This document shows, piece after piece, positions 25,901-37,350 of a DNA stretch of 64,000 bases (its first letter is position 1; each line of letters starts with the position of its first letter). The notes below the pieces were generated by a model. It worked only from the letters and a program-made list of their open reading frames with translations. It searched no databases and had not been told where the DNA came from. Position numbers and translations under genes: made by a program. The stretch is from Paraphysomonas bandaiensis (Eukaryota; Protista; Chrysophyceae). Location of the stretch: the NCBI GenBank assembly GCA_965644295.1, contig CBFFRP010000255.1, positions 62,001 through 126,000 of the forward strand, in the 5' to 3' direction.

Positions 25901-26585
25901 CCCCGCAACACATCTGTATTAGGAGAATGCCAAAGCTAAAAATATCTATCTTCGAAGTGTACTTGCCAGTGAGAACTTCTGGGGCGCTGTATGCCATTGC
26001 TCCAGGCATGCTGGTCTGTCGACTCAGCGCAGAAGCGCCAAATATTTTTGCTTGACCTAGGTCAGCAATCTTCGCGCGATTACCTCCAAGGAGAATATTT
26101 TTCGCAGAAATATCGCGATGTACAACCTGTGGATTATGGCTATGTAAGTAGTCCAGTCCAGTAGCCACATCAAGAGCAATATCAAGGATTTCTGGTATAT
26201 TCAGCTTTATTTTATGGACTTCTAAAACATCGTATAAGCTACCCGGTAACAATTCTGTAAGAATAGTTGTGGGCTGCCTAGTACGAGGGTTATAGCCAAT
26301 ACCAAGAAAGAGAACTAGATTAGGATGCCGCATTTTTGATAGAGTGTGCATTTCTGCACGGAACGAATCAGCTATTGAAGCATTTTCGTACTGCAAATCG
26401 CGCAACTCAGAATCTTGTTCAGCTACAAGAGCATGCAGGCGTTTAGCTGCAACATCAATATTTCTCCACTTCGCAACACGAACTTCACCAAAGGCACCCT
26501 TGCCAATAATTTTATCTGATATTGTAATCTCCCTCTCCGAAAAAACCCATTCCTTGTTGAGGTCAGCGTCGTCTGTGATGTTCAT
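22970..26585 (-). CDS. TKL-type protein kinase - long coiled coil - armadillo repeat protein
   Basis: GKGAFG, VAAK, HRDISAKN, DLG and APE motifs; about 350 aa of coiled coil; downstream exons (24049-22970) encode ARM repeats (ACTALTNLA, ACWAILTLA). Confidence 0.9.
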
Positions 26586-26773
26586 AGTGGAATGAATATA
26601 TGCTTACACGCCCACCTAACACTGACTAAAAATCTTATTGCACAACTTTACTACACATCACAACAACTATCTAGCTCGCACATCACCGTCACAAAGGTGT
26701 GTACAGGAACACACACCTTAATAACGAACCAATGTGCAATTTGTGAAATAGTTCTCATACAGTGACCGTTTCT

Positions 26774-27620
26774 TGTATGTATGTATGTATGTATGTATGT
26801 ATGTATGTATGTATGTATGTATGTATGTATGTATGTATGTATGTATGTATGTATGTATGTATGTATGTATGTATGTATGTATGTATGTATGTATGTATGT
26901 ATGTATGTATTTATGTATGTATGTATGTATGTATGTATGTATGTATGTATGTATGTATGTATGTATGTATGTATGTATGTATGTATGTATGTATGTATGT
27001 ATGTATGTATGTATGTATGTATGTATGTATGTATGTATGTATGTATGTATGTATGTATGTATGTATGTATGTATGTATGTATGTATGTATGTATGTATGT
27101 ATGTATGTATGTATGTATGTATGTATGTATGTATGTATGTATGTATGTATGTATGTATGTATGTATGTATGTATGTATGTATGTATGTATGTATGTATGT
27201 ATGTATGTATGTATGTATGTATGTATGTATGTATGTATGTATGTATGTATGTATGTATGTATGTATGTATGTATGTATGTATGTATGTATGTATGTATGT
27301 ATGTATGTATGTATGTATGTATGTATGTATGTATGTATGTATGTATGTATGTATGTATGTATGTATGTATGTATGTATGTATGTATGTATGTATGTATGT
27401 ATGTATGTATGTATGTATGTATGTATGTATGTATGTATGTATGTATGTATGTATGTATGTATGTATGTATGTATGTATGTATGTATGTATGTATGTATGT
27501 ATGTATGTATGTATGTATGTATGTATGTATGTATGTATGTATGTATGTATGTATGTATGTATGTATGTATGTATGTATGTATGTATGTATGTATGTATGT
27601 ATGTATGTATGTATGTATGT
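26774..27620. repeat. (TATG)n microsatellite, ~847 bp
   Basis: Nearly perfect tetranucleotide array with one variant unit near 26911. Confidence 0.98.
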
Positions 27621-27691
27621 GTGCATGTTTGGGCAGGTGTTATCCTTTGCCATCAGCCTTATATATATTTATAACTTAACCGCGATATACC

Positions 27692-29321
27692 ATGTCAGGA
27701 AAAGAAGAAGACGAAGTTAATGTTGTGAACGACTCTGAAAGTCGTAAGCGTAAAATTGAGGAGGAAGATGAGCATGAAGATGCTGTATCTAAGAGGGGTA
27801 GGGCAATGCAGCTCGACTGAGTATTCGAAACCATTAACTCTATATCATGTCCAGTTGCAACAGGACTTGATTCGGAGAGGTCGGCCCCACAGCCGGTGTT
27901 TTTTAAGATGCTCTGTCCGAATCCAATGACGGGCGGTATTATCGGCAAGGGCGGTTCTACTCTAGCAAGTCTCATGGAAACCACTGATACAAAGATAAAG
28001 CTGTCTCAAAATAATGAATTTTTCCCTGAAACCCAAGATAGAATCATTGCAATATCCGGTCAGCCAGATAGTGTGCACAATTGCATTGCTGAAGTTACTA
28101 AGAAGTTATGCGAGGTAAGTTCAAATTGCTCTCACCGTACTGTATTACACGCACAACACAACTCACGTATTGTCTTTTATTTAAAAACCGCAATTGCCGG
28201 ATCATTTCCCACTCCACTACACATTATTGCACCTATACACTACACTTTCTCCGCTACTCTCACAGCTGGCCGATAAAGAGAGTGCACGTATATCAGCTCC
28301 TAGACCCAATCACGCTGGAGGAAAGTACCTTGTCCGTTCTTTGGTCCCATCGACTGCAACGGGCTGCCTTATTGGCCAGAAAGGTTGCATTATCAAGGAT
28401 ATATCCGAAAAATCTGGTGCGAAACTGAAACTTGGTGATGCTGCTGACCCTTACCACACCAGAGAGCGCATCATGAACGCCTGGGGCCCAAGCGTAGACA
28501 ACGTAATATCTGTAAGTATCTAATTTCTTCAGATCTTGTGTACTGACTGGTGCGTGTAGGCTATGCAGAGAGTCTTTGCGCAACTCCTGTCGGAGCCCAC
28601 GAGTGGTTCGTATTCTAATACGACAACCACATACGGTGTCTCCGCTCCGCAGCAGCAAATTCCCTCTCCGTATACTGCATATGCTCAGCCGCAGCATCAG
28701 CCATTGCATGTACAGACGCCGCAGGTAGTGGTGTCACGCTCAAGATTATATCTATCTCACATCTGGCGCTGTTTATACAGTCATATTATCCACCTGCACA
28801 GCCGTATTCTTCATCTGCACATGTGCCTTACCAGCAGCAGGGCTATTCTTCCTATACGGCAGGGCAGTATAGTGGTGGTCGAGACCCGGCACCTGGATAT
28901 GAATCATACGGTGGTCGTGCTGCAGCCCCCACTGGAAATTCCCCAGCCGTTGCTGATCCTTACTCCTCTACCCACAACACCGTGCATATCGCTGTTCCAG
29001 AGAACTTGGTTGGTGCTGTACTTGGAAAAGGGGGTTATATCATTAAGGATATGATGGCCCAATCTGGTGCTAAAATATTGGTGATTTATATAATTTCATA
29101 TTTAGAGTTGTTTATGGTAACTGATGATGTCCAGCTTTCACAAAAGGGCGAGTACATTCCAGGCACAACGCAACGCAGTCTGTCAATATCTGGGAGCAAA
29201 CAACAGGTGTGTAGATTAAGTTGCAAATGAATTCGAGTCATTGCAAGCACAGGTGGATCATGCTCGAGATCTTGTGATGCATCAGTTGAATACGAACGCA
29301 GTGACTGGCGGTCGCCGGTAG
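27692..29321 (+). CDS. Triple KH-domain RNA-binding protein (Nova/BTR1-like)
   Basis: Three GxxG KH motifs (GGIIGKGG, GCLIGQKG, GAVLGKGG); KIKLSQNNEFFPETQDRII is typical of Nova/BTR1 KH1; multi-exon. Confidence 0.9.
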
Positions 29322-29754
29322 GCAGTAGATTAATCTTTTAGCATCGAAGTAATAATTGTAGTTCTTATATATCTGAAATCAAATTATAAATGCTGAGCTT
29401 TGTAAATATTTCTTCGTCACAGGATTATAAACTTGTTGCACACATTACGCATCATCAACATCACGTTTCTGAAATAATTTATTGGAGAATTGTTGATTAT
29501 TGGTGTTCCGGATAATTAAAATATGAATGTACGAGCTAGTCGTAGCGTGCTGTGCTTGTTATTTTTCTATGTATAAATTCTGGTAGTAGAATAGCTGAGC
29601 AAGGCAACGTCGCTATTATAACTAGTTCGATTATTATATTATATAGTATATAGAACTATAAGCTCTTCGTAAATAGTAAATAAATGGAAATAGCTAATTA
29701 TGTAAGTACAAACCTTCAGACTTTGTAAATATTTGTTACACAAACCTTATATGA

Positions 29755-29937
29755 GTGGTCGCACCTTGGTGCTTGCTGCGACGCACAAGCAGCTTCTGTA
29801 GCGCTAAATAGTAGGATAATAGAATTTGTGCTGATTAGTTATGGGTAGAGGTCTAACTAGTATGTCTAGCATTCAACTAGCCACTATATTGGCACGAGTT
29901 TTTAACGCCTATTGCTAAATAATAAGACTTTCAATTT
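29755..29937 (+). mobile_element. SINE/LINE-family 3' fragment, copy G (5'-truncated, 12-bp TSD)
   Basis: AACCTTATATGA at 29743-29754 and 29938-29949 flank a 183-bp piece ending GACTTTCAATTT. Confidence 0.92.
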
Positions 29938-30000
29938 AACCTTATATGAATTACGTTATTACTTATTGCGTATTATGCGTGCAATATTAACTTCAACATT

Positions 30001-31437
30001 TCAAGGAACATCACAACAGGAAAAAATAAATTTCTTGATACCACTGTCCAACATCAGCACAACATGAGGTACCTCCTCACTGCCTTCTTCAAGTACTCTA
30101 GCGCTTCCTAAACCCGCTTGAGTCCTGAAGAAATTTTCAATTTCCTCATCTGTGTATCGAAGCGAAAAGTGAGTCAAGACAAACGTCCTACATGCTCTAT
30201 CACTAAGCAGCGTGTCGCGTACAATGTCCCTTAGGGCTGTCCATACGACATGTCCACGACGAGTGGCCTCGCCATCCATATCTCCATGTAAATATGTGCA
30301 CTCTATTATGACGACAGGACAGGATAAAATAATTTCTGCTTGAGCACAAGTTGTCAGTGCACTGGTAGTGGTGTCTAATACATATGCACAAATAGGAAAC
30401 TCTTGCTCAACAGTTATTTCTTCCCCTTTCTCCTTCGCGGCTCTCACCCGCTCAGCTGTAGTCTTCTTGTCCATTCCCTCCAGATCTCGTCGTAGCTTCA
30501 TGCGTTTATCAGATATTACATACCCCACTGTTGAGACTGTATGATCGACTTCCACAGGATGGATATTGAACAGACGCTTCGAGCCTTTGCCAAGAGCTAC
30601 AGGAATGCACTGACCTGCCTCCTAATAAAAGCACAGAGTGTGAGTTGCAAACATTGACATCTCAAACATTGAGATTGCAGGCTTCTTGAATAACCACATG
30701 AGGTATTAGCTGTACACCATAGCATCCTGATCCCCACTCACCACTGGGTACCACCGCCTTCTGGTTTCTTCCCAGTCCGCATATACGGCTTTGCACTCAT
30801 CTGCAGCACCCGAACCACCGCCCTCCATTGTTCGCGTAGATGAAGCGTATGTATGACGAGGAGGAGAAGAGTAGTGATCAGGGACTGATCGACAAGTTTT
30901 ATAATGTCATAACAATAGTATTTGAGTTTCTAGGTATACAGAACATTGACAATATGGTATCACGTTAACCTTCATTGCACTCGTCAACTTTGATAGCGAA
31001 GGACATCTGCACAAATTCTCTCAGTCTGTGAAGCACAGGTCGGGGGCAGAAAATGTGAGTTAAAGACTTCTCCCTGTTGAATACATATCTGAGGGGGAAT
31101 AGGTGTACATTATACATACCCATGCAATATTGTATACCTGCTGTATCGTGCCAACATTGGCATTGCATTGCAGTGATCTATGTGGGTATGGGTGATTGCA
31201 ATCATATCTAATGGAGCCATATCTAGAAAACAAACAGGAGACTGTTATCTTCAAGGCATTTATACGATCTCTACCTGGCACATCAACTCCTGCATCAAGC
31301 ATGATTCTAGCTCCCCCTCCAGTCAATATAAACCCTGTCCTCTCCAGTGCTCTGGAGTGACCAGATAAAGTCCACTGAGTGCCAGGTAATGTAAACTTAT
31401 GTCGAAAATAAGATGCCTGTGGAAGGGTAGATGTCAT
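30001..31437 (-). CDS. Short-form (TM-type-like) tRNase Z / metallo-beta-lactamase nuclease
   Basis: SGHSRALERTGF, LDAG, THTHIDH (HxHxDH), DHTV...GY, IECTY and LTHFSLRY motifs across exons. Confidence 0.8.
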
Positions 31438-32397
31438 CTTGATTGATTTCGTTAGTAACAGCGAAGAGCAACAATAATGTGCTTGACTCGCACTATTTTA
31501 TCCAATACTGTTGCATTGTTATGGCTGGGATCTTCAGGTGCATAATGCCTCACACACCGTCACCTTATTCCTGGAAAATAATTACTTCGTCCAGCTAAAA
31601 TATTCGAGTATTTGTAAAATTCTATACTGGAAATTACATACATACTTATGTACAGTATGTTTCGGTATAAAATTGAGGGTATTTTGTATTTTGGTATTTA
31701 TTGTATACCAGTATGAACTCCTGGTGTGTGTGGTCAGGTAAAGATACGGTCACGGCCCTCAACAATGTATCTATATATCGGTAGGTGCTTGAATAAGCAT
31801 ATACATGTATATAGAGGTGCTAGCGAGCGATGATGCGGTATCGGATGATTTCTTCGATGTAGCAACATTAGTTATATCCCCAGGACGTCTGTAAATAGTA
31901 AGATAAGGTCTGCACATATAATATTATCGGAACATATGTGTATATAAATATATCCGATTGGAAAAGTCTGCGTATTTCGCCGTCGATTTACAATATTCTA
32001 TTCGTTTTCTGGGTTAAAGTGGTGGTGTAAATGGCCAGTCAACCGAGATGATCTTTGTTGCTGCGTATTTTATTTTAATGTAATTGTATATGTGTATAGT
32101 AGTACCATGCGAAGATGAATAGGATATTCTGAATATTGGATGAGTCGGTGCGAGGAGAAAGTGTAAATCGAGCGATTGTATAAAGAAGTGAGGGGCGTCG
32201 TTTGCGGTTTGAATAACGGTATTAAGTTTGACTTGGATCGAATCTTTATCGTTTGTTAGTTCTGATCCTGAAGTAGTGGTCCCTCAAAGTATCCCTATTA
32301 CTTAGAGTACAGTGTGTTGTCAAGTGATTTATTTGTACGGTTCCGTTGGAAACACCGTCTTGAAGGTGTGTTTATGAAATGTCCTGCGAAATATAGA

Positions 32398-32529
32398 ATG
32401 TCTCCTTTGGTTGTAATATATCGACTAGGAATTCTCCAAGTATATGAAAATCTTGAACAGATGATGTCTCCTTCGATTGTAAGATATCGACAAGTAATTC
32501 CCCAGGGACATGAAAATCTTGTACAGATA
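32398..32529. repeat. Degenerate 66-bp tandem duplication, probably within a DNA-transposon relic
   Basis: ATGTCTCCTT...ATATCGAC...GAAAATCTTG.ACAGAT occurs twice; followed by AGGGAACAATATATTGCAAT, which is related to motifs at ~9400, ~19910 and ~21490. Confidence 0.6.
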
Positions 32530-33089
32530 TTGTTTTGGGCAGGACTAGGGAACAATATATTGCAATGCTATTGTAAGATATCGTCACATCCGTAATATTA
32601 CTGTACTTTTTTAATCGGGCCAGGTTGCATGTTTGCAGCGACCTTGTATGTCGATAGCATGACATGGTAGGAGTTTGTTGTTCTACTAAAATAAGTGATC
32701 CCTTTTTTGTAGTGTCTAACTCTATTCATTTTTGCATTCACTAAATACGATTAGCATATAGTAGTGAATGAATTAAGTGTTACTAAGTGTGGTAGTAGTG
32801 TTACTAAGTGTGAATAGAAGTAAGTGTTACTAAGACCTTAACACTGCAAGGCGATATCAAAAAGTTCAATTAAATGCTGGGTTTTATCATATTGATTAGA
32901 TTTGCGATTTGTGTTACGTGTCACTATGCCAAGCCTACGTTACAATGCCAAGCCTATTTAGTATGCTTCTATGCTAATTTGAATTAAAATTTCTGACATA
33001 ACTTAACATCGTTACAGCATTATTACTGACCACAACATCATCTATATATCTACCTCTGAACGCAGGTAGTTCAAAAGTCTAAAACTAAC

Positions 33090-34058
33090 TTACTTCACGC
33101 GCAAAATGTCGCCAACGCATACGGACCCACCTTCAATATTATGATTATCCATTTGAACTCCGAAGAATACAGCCTCATTCCATGACTTACGCAATGACAA
33201 ATCCTTTCCAGTGCGGAAAGAATTTAAAACTTGAGTTACTTGGAAGTTTTCATCCATTACGCCTGTGTCAGGATCAACATTCGGCATCTTGCACCTCGAG
33301 CACAGCTTCGCTACAGTCATGCGTACACCTCCTGCTACAACTTCTCTCCATTTATCCTCGGCAAATTCTTCGACTCCATCGACCACTATATTGGGTCGAA
33401 AGTTTACAGAAGATGCTTTATTGTATATAGGCATCCGACTGTTCAGAGCATCTATACTCTTAACAGATGTCAATAGAAATGGAAACATATCTGCAAAGCC
33501 AGTTTGCCCAGAATGCGAAAAGCTTCTGTGCGTGGGACGTACGAAAGAGTCTGACATTCGTACCAGTTTCAGGTTAGGTACATTCAAATATGTCGAAAAC
33601 CACTCGGAGGCCTCGTGATTTGGTTCAAAGCCTTGACAATCATCAGACCAGACAGTCACATTGATGGTATCTACCGAACTAGGTTCGGCCAATGCTACCT
33701 TCATATCGGGCATACTAGGGGCTGACAAAATAAGGTGATCTCCATCGATGTTGGTAGACACAGTTGCAAGCTTAGGGTGGGTTCGCTGAGTTACAAACCT
33801 CAAACTACTATTTACTACCATAAATATTCGATCATTTTCAAAACCACGAGCACTGATTTTGCAGCTGTCAACTTTTATCCCTTTACAACTCTTGACGGGG
33901 TAGATATACAGCGCTACAACCTTTGCATGCCCATAATTAATTCTACCCGCCAGTAGATTTATCCCATAATATATAGCTAGTACAACAATAGCAACGCAAT
34001 ATGATTGGCATGTATATGAGCATGAAGAAAACAGGGCCAATGCGTACTCCAGATTCAT
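33090..34058 (-). CDS. MOSC-domain protein (mARC-like)
   Basis: N-terminal membrane anchor, LYIYPVKSCKG, DRIFMVV, FADMFPFLL, FRPNIVV, CSRC...PNVDPDTG. Confidence 0.93.
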   Translation of the reverse strand: MNLEYALALFSSCSYTCQSYCVAIVVLAIYYGINLLAGRINYGHAKVVALYIYPVKSCKGIKVDSCKISARGFENDRIFMVVNSSLRFVTQRTHPKLATVSTNIDGDHLILSAPSMPDMKVALAEPSSVDTINVTVWSDDCQGFEPNHEASEWFSTYLNVPNLKLVRMSDSFVRPTHRSFSHSGQTGFADMFPFLLTSVKSIDALNSRMPIYNKASSVNFRPNIVVDGVEEFAEDKWREVVAGGVRMTVAKLCSRCKMPNVDPDTGVMDENFQVTQVLNSFRTGKDLSLRKSWNEAVFFGVQMDNHNIEGGSVCVGDILRVK

Positions 34059-34450
34059 CTTTCAACAGGGAAGCAGATACAAAAACACTATTGCTGAAAA
34101 TAGAGACGCCAGATCACGTGGAAGTGCTGACAAACCTATGAATATTGATTGGTAGATTGCATTGGATGCTTGCATCGAATCGCCATATCAGTATCCCACA
34201 TGTATGCGGTATGTACACAGCTACGAAGGAATGTATGTATGCATGTACGTTGTACAGCAGTATATAGTATGTATACTGCTGTATTGCGTAGGGATGTATA
34301 GCGATCAGGATCTCACTCTATTCCCCCACATGTCCATGGCTATGTACATTTTGACCACAATTTCAAAGGAAGAGCTCTGCAGAATGCAATGCTTCGTTCC
34401 GTTAAACCCAAAGAAAAAAGCTCGCCTCTTCTATGCCCGAGTTCGGTAAG

Positions 34451-35300
34451 GATTCGCAACACTTGTCGAAGACAATGTGTGAAAAGTGAATACAATTGGG
34501 GCGACAGTTAACACGAGTTCTTGGTTGTGGTGCCAACCCAAATGGTGGGTATGATTTTGCCATTTGCATATATGATGTCCTTATCGTGTTAGGAAGGGTG
34601 CAGCGATGAGCTGCGCGAAGCCCTTGAAGGCGCGCATATGGTCTTCATCACGGCAAGAGTGGGTGGAGGCACTGGGACTGGAGCTGTACCCGATATTGCA
34701 GAGAATTGTGATGATCTTGGTGTGTTGACAGTCGGAGTCGTGTCGACACATTTCGTGCACGAGGGTAGTGTGAGGTCCAGACTGGCGGTGGAGGGTACCA
34801 CTGCACTTCACGACAGGGTTGATACACTAATAGTCATCCCTAACCAAACCTACTGAAAATGGACAGAGGTACAACTAGGATGGAGGAAGCCATTGGTTTG
34901 CAAATGCTGTTCTACTGCTATCAAAAATATAACCGACCTTTTGACGAAGCTGGAAATCATTAATCTTGGCTTTGTTGACGTGCGGACTGTCATGCGGGGA
35001 GTGGGTAGAGGTATAATGGGCACAAGACAGGCAAGTGGGGAAGGGAGGGCGGTGGCTGCAACCAGGGATGCATTTAACAACCCACAGTTAGGTTCAGAGT
35101 TGTCTATTACGCCTGCGAAAAGGGTATTGATGAACCCCAGTGGGGGTTCAGATATGACACTCTTTGAGGTAAACGAGACCGCGGAGTTTATACAAAAAGA
35201 GATTACGATGAAAATGCTACCAATATGTTCGGTGTATTAATCAACCCTGCCATAGAGGGATCAATCCATATATATATCAGTGGTAGCAACGTGAATCGAT
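34451..35300 (+). pseudogene. ftsZ: FtsZ pseudogene, mitochondrial (alphaproteobacterial) type
   Basis: DSQHL..EK*IQLG..LT.VLGCGANP, intron 34549-34592, MVFITARVGGGTGTGA, VDTLIVIPNQ, IINLGFVDVRTVM, DMTLFEV, SVVAT*ID; in-frame stops and frameshifts. Confidence 0.88.
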
Positions 35301-35478
35301 GGTTCACTGGGTTAGGATTAGAACTTGTATTATGGATTATAGATATACATGTTCCGGTGAGTTTTGTAAGATAGCATCTATTATTAAATACGATTCCAAG
35401 ACAAGTTTACTTCTAACTAGTATCAGGGACTGATAGTATCGGTACATCATTAGATAGACGCACGTGACATAATAATGT

Positions 35479-35992
35479 ATTGAAAGTCTTATTATTAGCA
35501 ATAGGCGTTAAAAACCTGCACCAACTTAGTAGCTAGATGAATGCTAGACAAACTATTTAGACCTCTACCTGTAAATAATCAGTACACACTTTTTTTATCC
35601 TACTCTATTTAATGCTACGGAAGCTGCTTGTGTGTCGCCGCAAGCACCAAGGTGCGACCACTTCCGTTCTGAGTCCTTAAGGTGAACATCCCGGATGCTT
35701 GACTTCAGCAGCAGGCAGCCCAATACCCCGGTTACCCTTCAGGTGGGCCCTGTCCCGGATGCCCTTTAGGTGGGTCCATTCCCGGGTGCCTGTTCATTCG
35801 TCAGGGCCCAAAGACGTCTACACAAGTGACACTTATTGGTGTCCCTTGTACCACACAAGCATTCGGCTATGAGTGGGCAGAACAATATCTGCTGACTATG
35901 TTTGCGGCTGACGTTAGTTTCCCAGAGAGAATCTCTCCGGTACTTATCCCCCAGAACACCACGAAAAGGTGCGAGTCCGACTTTGTTAAGGG
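35479..35992 (-). mobile_element. SINE-like element, copy H (full length, 514 bp, 14-bp TSD)
   Basis: TGACATAATAATGT at 35465-35478 and 35993-36006; head CCCTTAACAAAGTCGG; ribozyme region 35904-35992. Confidence 0.92.
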
Positions 35993-36197
35993 TGACATAA
36001 TAATGTTAGTTGTATATTCTACCATCTACCATGACATGTGTACAGTTCTGTCTCAAAGAAGTGTTTGTTTTACCTGAATTGGTCAGAACGCTCATATTGG
36101 CCCCGGGAAAATATACGTATTCAACTTCAATTTTCGGTTTGAACAGGAACTCTCTTCAATCTTAATTATGATTATTGACAACTATTTGCATGTGATT

Positions 36198-36330
36198 CCT
36201 TCAACAAAGTCGGATTTGCCCCCCTTCGTGGAGTTCTGGGGGATAGATACCGGATGGACTTCTTCGGTAAACTAAAGTAAGCCAAAACATAGACAGCTGA
36301 TAAGGTTCTGCCTACTCATAGCCGAATACT
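36198..36330 (+). mobile_element. SINE-like element, copy I (diverged head-only fragment)
   Basis: CCTTCAACAAAGTCGG...TTCGTGGAGTTCTGGGGG...AAACTAA...CTCATAGCCGAAT. Confidence 0.8.
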
Positions 36331-36758
36331 TTCTCAACAAAGTCGAACTCATCTTTTCGTAGTGTTCTGAGGGATACGTACCGAAGATATTTCTCCGGGA
36401 AACTAACGTGAATTGCATATATATAATCAGCAGATAATTTTCAGCCCACTCATAGCCTAATGCTTGTGTGGTACAACTATCACTTGTGTAGACGTCTTTA
36501 GTCTTTGGACGCTAAGTAATAAACAGGCATCCGGAAAACGACTCACCTCAAGGGCTGCCGGGGTATTGGGCTGCCACTACTAAAGTCAAGCATCCCGGCC
36601 AGTTCACCATAAGAACAGAGAGCGAAAGTGGTTGCACAAGCAGCTTTTGTAGCGTAAAATAGTAAGATATCAGAGCTAAGCACTGGTTAGCTATAAATTG
36701 TTTTTCCACATTAATTCTGACTCGTGCATGCTTACTATTGATAATAATCAGTCATTCA
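36331..36758 (+). mobile_element. SINE-like element, copy J (near full length, directly after copy I)
   Basis: TTCTCAACAAAGTCG head through to the 3' end ...ATAATAATCAGTCATTCA. Confidence 0.85.
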
Positions 36759-37350
36759 CTGCACTGTCTATTATGAGCGATATTACTTATTAGTATGAAT
36801 CAATGGCCATTACCATTATAATTGCCGGGACATTTTTTATTGATTCCACTATAATTTCCGCAAACCGGGCACCCATTAATGGGCCATTAATTGTTGCATT
36901 GTTACAAGGCCCTGGGATAGGGAGTGTAGTCCCGCGCTCAAAATTTCAAACAAGGGCGATCATTATGATGCCAGTGCCAGTGATCTATCTTAATTTTACC
37001 ACGACTTCAATACTTGTGCAACGTAAGCTGACGTTAGTTTTCTCAGCGGTAAGTAGTTTTTCGGTTACTTCATAGAATATATGTACGTACTACGCTGTAT
37101 AAACCAATGGAAAAAAGTGAACTATTCCGTGCATGCAACATAACATATTAATGAATGTGAATAAAATATTTACGAGTTAAATTAAACTTGTTACATCCAA
37201 CAACCAGAAAACTACAACATATTATCCGTTTTGCAGTCACTAATTTCGGTTGCAACTGGAAAACTTCTCCCCGCAAGTCAAAATTATACAGATCATAGAG
37301 CTTTTCACAAAGTAGAAGAAAATGTGGAAATGCCAACAATCGCTACGTAA

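Noticed and set aside
26718-27720. Four ~300-aa ORFs (MYVC/HTYI repeats)
   Set aside because: Artefacts of the stop-free (TATG)n microsatellite.
31756-31765. CCCTCAACAA matching the SINE head
   Set aside because: Only 10 bp, with no downstream homology.
31700-32300. Unexplained intergenic sequence, possibly an old LINE or gene relic
   Set aside because: No recognisable motif or sustained reading frame.
34638-35240. Functional or bacterial-contaminant ftsZ
   Set aside because: It has a spliceosomal-type intron, stops, frameshifts and lost catalytic residues, so it is a nuclear pseudogene.
35690-35790. Possible 2A-like (DxExNPGP) peptide or CRISPR-like array in the CCCGGATG repeats
   Set aside because: No NPGP in the frames checked and no unique spacers; it is a simple internal tandem repeat.
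35479-35992. Interpreting the repeat as a solo LTR (TG start) or a TIR MITE (AAAGTC/GACTTT)
   Set aside because: No TG...CA pair and no real TIR; TSDs are variable 12-14 bp and a 5'-truncated copy keeps its TSD, which fits TPRT.
35826-36077. Recurrent small ORFs (GYEWAEQYLLTMFAA...; also at 6950, 7924, 58972) that look like a peptide family
   Set aside because: They are antisense translations of the SINE head; starts, stops and frames are not conserved between copies.
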